From NCBI GenBank assembly GCA_008632985.1, contig QPGO01000076.1:248001-312000 (forward strand): a DNA stretch of 64,000 nucleotides, in the 5' to 3' direction. Position numbers and translations under genes: made by a program. This stretch comes from Psammoneis japonica (taxonomy: Eukaryota). Under the pieces are notes generated by a model, which was given only the letters and a program-made list of their open reading frames with translations, was not told the origin of the DNA and ran no database searches. Of the stretch, positions 59,930 to 64,000 are shown piece after piece. Numbering within the stretch: position 1 is the stretch's first letter; the number at the start of each line of letters is the position of its first letter.

Positions 59930-60162
59930 GCTGCCCTGCAAAAGAACTTCAGAGTAAAAAATTTGCACAGAAGCAGCTCCAGGGCCCCAGCAGAAATGCT
60001 CAAAAAGTCTGGAATGTCAAGAAACTGCACAGAATTCAGCATGGAATCAGTGCCAGGGATGTCAAAAAATCATGAAATTCCAGACTTTTTTGGCATTTCC
60101 ATTTGGGACCTGGTGCTGCTTCTGTGCAAATTTGTTGTTCTGGAGTTCTTTTGTGAGGCAGC
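59930..60162. repeat. Degenerate long inverted repeat (fold-back), arms about 90 bp
   Basis: aaagaacttcaga...aaatttgcacagaagcagc...aaaaagtctggaat pairs with attccagacttttt...gctgcttctgtgcaaattt...tctggagttcttt. Confidence 0.7.
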
Positions 60163-62117
60163 ATGCCAACACTGCAGAAAAGTTTGCCAATGGACAGCTC
60201 ATTGCAATGTGCCAGCTTGGCATTCTGAATTCTGGGTGGCTCTTTGACAGATTTGTGACAGCACACTTGCAAGCATGAAGCTCAAGAGATGGCCCAATCA
60301 AAACCCATCTTGACCAACCAGAAGGACAGCAGGTCTCATCACATGTTCAGCTGCTGTCATCAGCTGATGGGGCAAAGTCTTTTGCTGCCATGGCAGGTTG
60401 TTGACATGCAGATTTGCAACAACGTGCAGAATGCACATGAGCCACAACAGCGCACACTCTTGCTTTTCAATGTTTGGGGAGAGGGTGTGCTGTCATGAAG
60501 TGTGCAGAAAATTGCACATGCAAAAAATGCTGAAAATGCTGTGGACCACCAACGGGCTGTGCAAATCTGGGAAGCATGAAAAATTTAAGGTGGGGGTGGA
60601 AGAGTGCGTGCGTGAGGTGGGGTGCACACATGCAAGGACACACAAACATGAGTGGTGAGTGGGGAGGACAAAGTTAAAACAATGCTCAGCTGACGACCAT
60701 CAAAAGAGGAAAAAGCAAACCATGTCTCAAAAAAAGGTGCAAACACCAATTGAGTTGAACATTGTGTGCATTTGATTGAAGCTTGTGTCAGAAAAGCCAA
60801 TGAGACACAAGAAGAAATGCAGAAAACAAGTGCATTTTGTTGAGCTGCTGCTGGCATTTTTCAAATTTGACTTGTTGGCAATTTTAACAGCATGTGTGCA
60901 AACATTTACAAAGGAAAGTGGAGACCCCTTTGTCAGTCTGAAACTCTTTTTTGACCTGGCACTTTGTTGTGACTGCCTTGCCAGTCAAAGAGCACAACAG
61001 CTGTCCTGAGTGCAGAAAGTGGAAGTTCATTTCAATGCAAGAAATGTGCTGGCTTTGGCAGCAAGTGCAAGTGTGTTGTTGCCTGGGAAAGTGTGCTGGC
61101 TGTGTTGTCAAAAGCAAGCATTTGCAGAGAAACACTGTTCATTGTTCATGGGCACATCCTCTTTGTTGTGTTTCACAGCTTTGTGCTCACCCTGCCACAG
61201 AATCCTCCTTGTGGCTTGCACTGCAAGCACCAGAGTTCCAGGGTTGGCAAGCACCACATTTGGCAGAGGGTCTCTTCTGCATCATCAGCAACAGACTTTT
61301 TCATGCCAGCAAAGCACGGGCTTGTTGGCTTGAGCCCCTGCTTGTGTTTGATTTGGCTGAAGTCCTGGACATGCAGGAGCAACTCCAGCAACCATCGTGG
61401 ATGTGCTTTGAAAGCTGTTGCAACAGCAAATGTAAAAAATTGTGAGCATCATCATCAGAACAAAGATTGTGAGACATCATTTTTCATCCTCAAAGACCGA
61501 CCCCACACAGAATTGCGAGCTGAGAATGAACTTCAACATCCATGACATGTGACACCAGATGGCTGCACCCCACCCACCGGCACTCCTGGAGAGCAGGTGG
61601 AAATCCTCCATCTAATTTACAACGTGCCGTGCATGCAGGAGAAGACTGGATCACGGCAACAATGTCGCAGCAATCATGACAGGATCGCACTTTGAGTCTT
61701 GTGACGGCTGGTGAGCACGACTGGGGCAAGTTGTGACAAACTTAACACAAAGCACTGAAGACTGGTGTGAATGGGGAACTCCTGTCAAAGGTCATCATGG
61801 TCAGATGTGACAGCCCAAGTGCAGCTGCGGTGGCGTGGATCAAAGCTATGTGAAGCGCGACGACGGACAACGGTCCACGTCAAACTGTAAATCTCGCCAT
61901 GATCGTTGGGAGACTTTAGATTAAAATTTCGAGAACGATCCTGCAAAGCGCCGGCTATCGACTCAGTCGTAGTGGGGAGCTCACAAAGAAGGAACAAATC
62001 CATCAATATAGGGAATTATAGACAGTATGAAAGATTGGTGAATCGGCCCGCTCTCACTTCTCAGTTCATCCAACAATAAATATGCGAATGCAAAGCTTGC
62101 AGTGGACTTTCTTCCCG

Positions 62118-64000
62118 TTATTGAACCCTTCTTTCTCGGTAGTATCCATGACAGTCGCTTGGATCCTGGCCGACATCAAGATTCAGACGCGGCAGTTCCT
62201 TTTCTTGCGTAACAATGTCATGAACAAGGACAGTGTGCCTCTTCATGGTCATAACATCATTGTCGAACACGAGACTTCGGGCATCCATGTTTGAGTAGCT
62301 CCAACAGCCGCCCATGATTTCGGTTCCATCGGCGTGTGATATTGAGAAACGAGGAGCGATTTCGTCCACTGAAACATTGTAGACGAAGAAACCGTCAAAG
62401 GGTTCCTCTTTGTCATCTCTTGATCCCCACTGTGTGACAGGAATGATCAGGACCTTGTTAATATCGAGGTAACGAAACGCCTGATGGTCATATTCGGCTG
62501 AGCTCGAAGCATGATCGTCGACGAAGTTCTGCAGTCTACGCGGATTTGCAAGATCCGCTACGTCGAAAAGAGAGATCTGCAGGCCACCACGCCACCCTTC
62601 ATCAGGATCAACATACTGACCAACCCCAAGAATAACCGATCCATCAATTGGGTGGAGGTAACTACTGTAGCCAGGAATCTTTAGCTCGCCAACCATTGAC
62701 GGATTGAATGGATCACTCATTTCAATCGTGTAGAAAGGATCTACTTGCCGGAACGTTACGACAAATCCACGAAGATCGATAAACCGGACAGAGTAAATGC
62801 GTTCTGTGACACCGAGGCCGTCTACCAAACCCACGATAGTCAAGTTGGAGCTACTACCTTCAGCCGGGAGAGACAAGACCGTGACCTGGCTCGATGATGT
62901 GTCACGAGGACGCCAGAAAAGAGGTCCACCTTGGGGCGCATTTTCCTGCTCCCATTCTGTCTCTTTTGTGGTAGCAACGCGCAAATAGTCGATGCCATCA
63001 ACTTGGTAAATGTCCAATGAGAACTGATTCAAGACATAACCAGGAACGCTTCCAACGGCCACGGCCCTGGTGGTCGCATTAAAGAACTCAAACACAAATA
63101 AAAACGTTTCTTCGTCCCAGACGCTTCGCCTCACTTCATTCCATCCTTGAGATGACATAATGAGAAAATTCTTGCTGCCATAGATGGTACTGAGCCGGTT
63201 TGACATGAGCAAACTTTTGGTGGATGTTGGAAAGCTAGTCTCGTTTACATCCCTCACATCGAAACTTGTTATTAAGGTCACATGTCCAAGGACCTGGCCT
63301 CCTGCAAACCAAAGCTCGTGCATGTCAGTCTCGTTGAAATCCGACGTCTGCAAAAGAGCAAGTCGGACAATGTCGTCACATATGGAACTTTCCATAGCTG
63401 CCAAGATTTCATCTCGCAAATTGCAAGCAAAGACCTCCAGTTTTTCTTCCACCATAGCTTCGGCCGCAATTCGAAACTCATACTCGGGAAGGTCTCGAGG
63501 ATATAGGGAGAAATCATATCGATCGACAAAGCTCAAGAATGATTTGTAACTGTCAATATTACTGGATGTGATGACGTGAATGAATTGGCCAATTGCACGA
63601 CCATTCAAGTACATCCCTGGGATATCTCTTCTTCCCATGAGTGACAACGGTGATCCATCCGTTGGAATATTTGAAACGTCGTAGACATATACTCTTGTAC
63701 TCTGCGGTGACAAAATGGGGTGCAAATCATCTGCGGGGTCTGAATATCCTGGCTCATAGAAAGAGCACTCTCCTGAAGCGATCACGACGAGCTGCTCATC
63801 ATGGAGCAATAGGCCTGCAATATTTGAATAGCAGTGAAACGAGTCGCCTCTAATTGAATTCTCGTCTTCTTCTATTACAGTTCTAATGTTCTCCATATCT
63901 TCCAAGCTGACAACTGGGATCCTTGTACGGCTTTTGAGTTCAAGTGTCTTCACCTCCCACACTACAACCTCGTTGCCATATTTAGCAAAGACATGGTTTC
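62118..64000 (-). CDS. Beta-propeller domain protein, copy 2 (5' part beyond the window edge)
   Basis: Highly similar to 53618-55500 at an exact 8500-bp offset. 3' flank homology extends to about 61800 (cf. about 53210). Confidence 0.9.
   Translation of the reverse strand, partial: NHVFAKYGNEVVVWEVKTLELKSRTRIPVVSLEDMENIRTVIEEDENSIRGDSFHCYSNIAGLLLHDEQLVVIASGECSFYEPGYSDPADDLHPILSPQSTRVYVYDVSNIPTDGSPLSLMGRRDIPGMYLNGRAIGQFIHVITSSNIDSYKSFLSFVDRYDFSLYPRDLPEYEFRIAAEAMVEEKLEVFACNLRDEILAAMESSICDDIVRLALLQTSDFNETDMHELWFAGGQVLGHVTLITSFDVRDVNETSFPTSTKSLLMSNRLSTIYGSKNFLIMSSQGWNEVRRSVWDEETFLFVFEFFNATTRAVAVGSVPGYVLNQFSLDIYQVDGIDYLRVATTKETEWEQENAPQGGPLFWRPRDTSSSQVTVLSLPAEGSSSNLTIVGLVDGLGVTERIYSVRFIDLRGFVVTFRQVDPFYTIEMSDPFNPSMVGELKIPGYSSYLHPIDGSVILGVGQYVDPDEGWRGGLQISLFDVADLANPRRLQNFVDDHASSSAEYDHQAFRYLDINKVLIIPVTQWGSRDDKEEPFDGFFVYNVSVDEIAPRFSISHADGTEIMGGCWSYSNMDARSLVFDNDVMTMKRHTVLVHDIVTQEKELPRLNLDVGQDPSDCHGYYRERRVQ

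Noticed and set aside
56330..61800. Assignment of this block (also 33520-35500, 36700-37787, 52200-53200) to a specific transposon family
   Set aside because: Too degraded. I could not recognise diagnostic motifs by eye.
1..61840. Hundreds of 60-330 aa Cys/His-rich ORFs in the depleted blocks (e.g. 24705..25700, 33489..34463, 39573..40682, 40689..41867)
   Set aside because: They overlap in all frames, lack Tyr and recognisable domains, and are explained by loss of TAA/TAG stops.

Overview
Eukaryotic nuclear DNA, most likely from a diatom. This is inferred from CoDi-type Copia elements, a diatom-type GPCR relic and short GT-AG introns. The window alternates sharply between two kinds of sequence. 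(1) Gene islands of normal composition carry: a GlmS-like amidotransferase/SIS/EF-hand protein, two RING-finger genes, a ThrE-like transporter with EF-hands, an EEP-family hydrolase, a chitin synthase, and a tandem pair of beta-propeller genes. (2) Repeat blocks carry: a full-length Gypsy with a nested piggyBac-like MITE, a full-length CoDi-like Copia, Copia and Crypton-like relics, and a GPCR pseudogene. In these blocks the dinucleotide TpA has been almost erased. LTR-to-LTR comparison and conserved protein motifs give the direction as TA->TG and TA->CA (A:T->G:C on both strands, so Tyr becomes Cys or His), with CpG largely intact in the young elements. This looks like a repeat- or heterochromatin-targeted A-to-G hypermutation process, a mirror image of fungal RIP. 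It shows a TAY context bias, sharply bounded protected patches, and CTAGCTAG motifs near several borders. It is the main candidate for an undescribed system. A modification-driven base-calling artefact must be excluded with independent reads. All counts were made by eye.
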